This document shows, in pieces, positions 63,645 to 64,000 of a DNA stretch of 64,000 bases. Both the position numbers and the translations under genes were made by a program. The stretch comes from an uncultured delta proteobacterium. GTDB lineage: Bacteria; Desulfobacterota; Binatia; Binatales; Binataceae. Numbering within the stretch: position 1 is the first letter of the stretch; every line of letters starts with the position of its first letter. The notes under the pieces are model-generated. The model made no database searches, was not told the origin of the DNA, and worked only from the letters and a program-made list of their open reading frames with translations. The stretch lies in assembly GCA_963773975.1 (NCBI GenBank), contig CAVZDJ010000036.1, positions 3,263-67,262 of the forward strand, in the 5' to 3' direction.

Positions 63645-64000
<356 letters not shown>

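Overview
This is a GC-rich bacterial chromosomal window. I found no rRNA genes, no intact tRNA genes and no CRISPR array.

The right end, about 50-64 kb, is ordinary housekeeping. It carries an SDR, a MetE-like gene, hldE, murJ, hemW, a class I lysyl-tRNA synthetase, a DHH phosphoesterase, HPr, metK and the start of ahcY.

The left 50 kb is an accessory mosaic containing:
- a nested IS481-like / IS110-family insertion (1.7-3.6 kb)
- a compact RiPP-like three-gene cluster (3.8-6.2 kb): a ComQ/polyprenyl-synthase-like enzyme, a Cys6 precursor with a GG motif, and a radical SAM/SPASM enzyme
- metabolic genes: thiolase, a TAT-exported FAD/BBE oxidase, a 2-hydroxyacid dehydrogenase, an LLM oxidoreductase and a tannase-family esterase
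- a single-polypeptide topoisomerase III-RecQ fusion (15.2-19.3 kb)
- a 1651-aa protein with a Cap4/PD-(D/E)xK-like nuclease N-terminus, a P-loop NTPase and a long helical repeat region (20.6-25.5 kb), which looks like an NLR/Avs-type defence candidate
- a class III cyclase-AAA-TPR protein
- a translationally coupled HipA-like kinase two-gene module (39.7-40.9 kb)
- a small integrative element with excisionase, primase-polymerase/helicase, RHH protein and tyrosine integrase (about 42-50 kb), including an iteron-rich, origin-like region

Two window-wide features are not explained by gene calls. First, a dispersed repeat of about 43 nt whose core mimics a tRNA T-loop, acceptor 3' strand and CCA occurs in 6 clear copies between 9 and 31 kb. 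Second, an unusually high number of genes are interrupted by frameshifts, in-frame stops or truncations, which means either gene decay or indel errors in the assembly.

All family assignments come from motif recognition by eye. No database search was possible.
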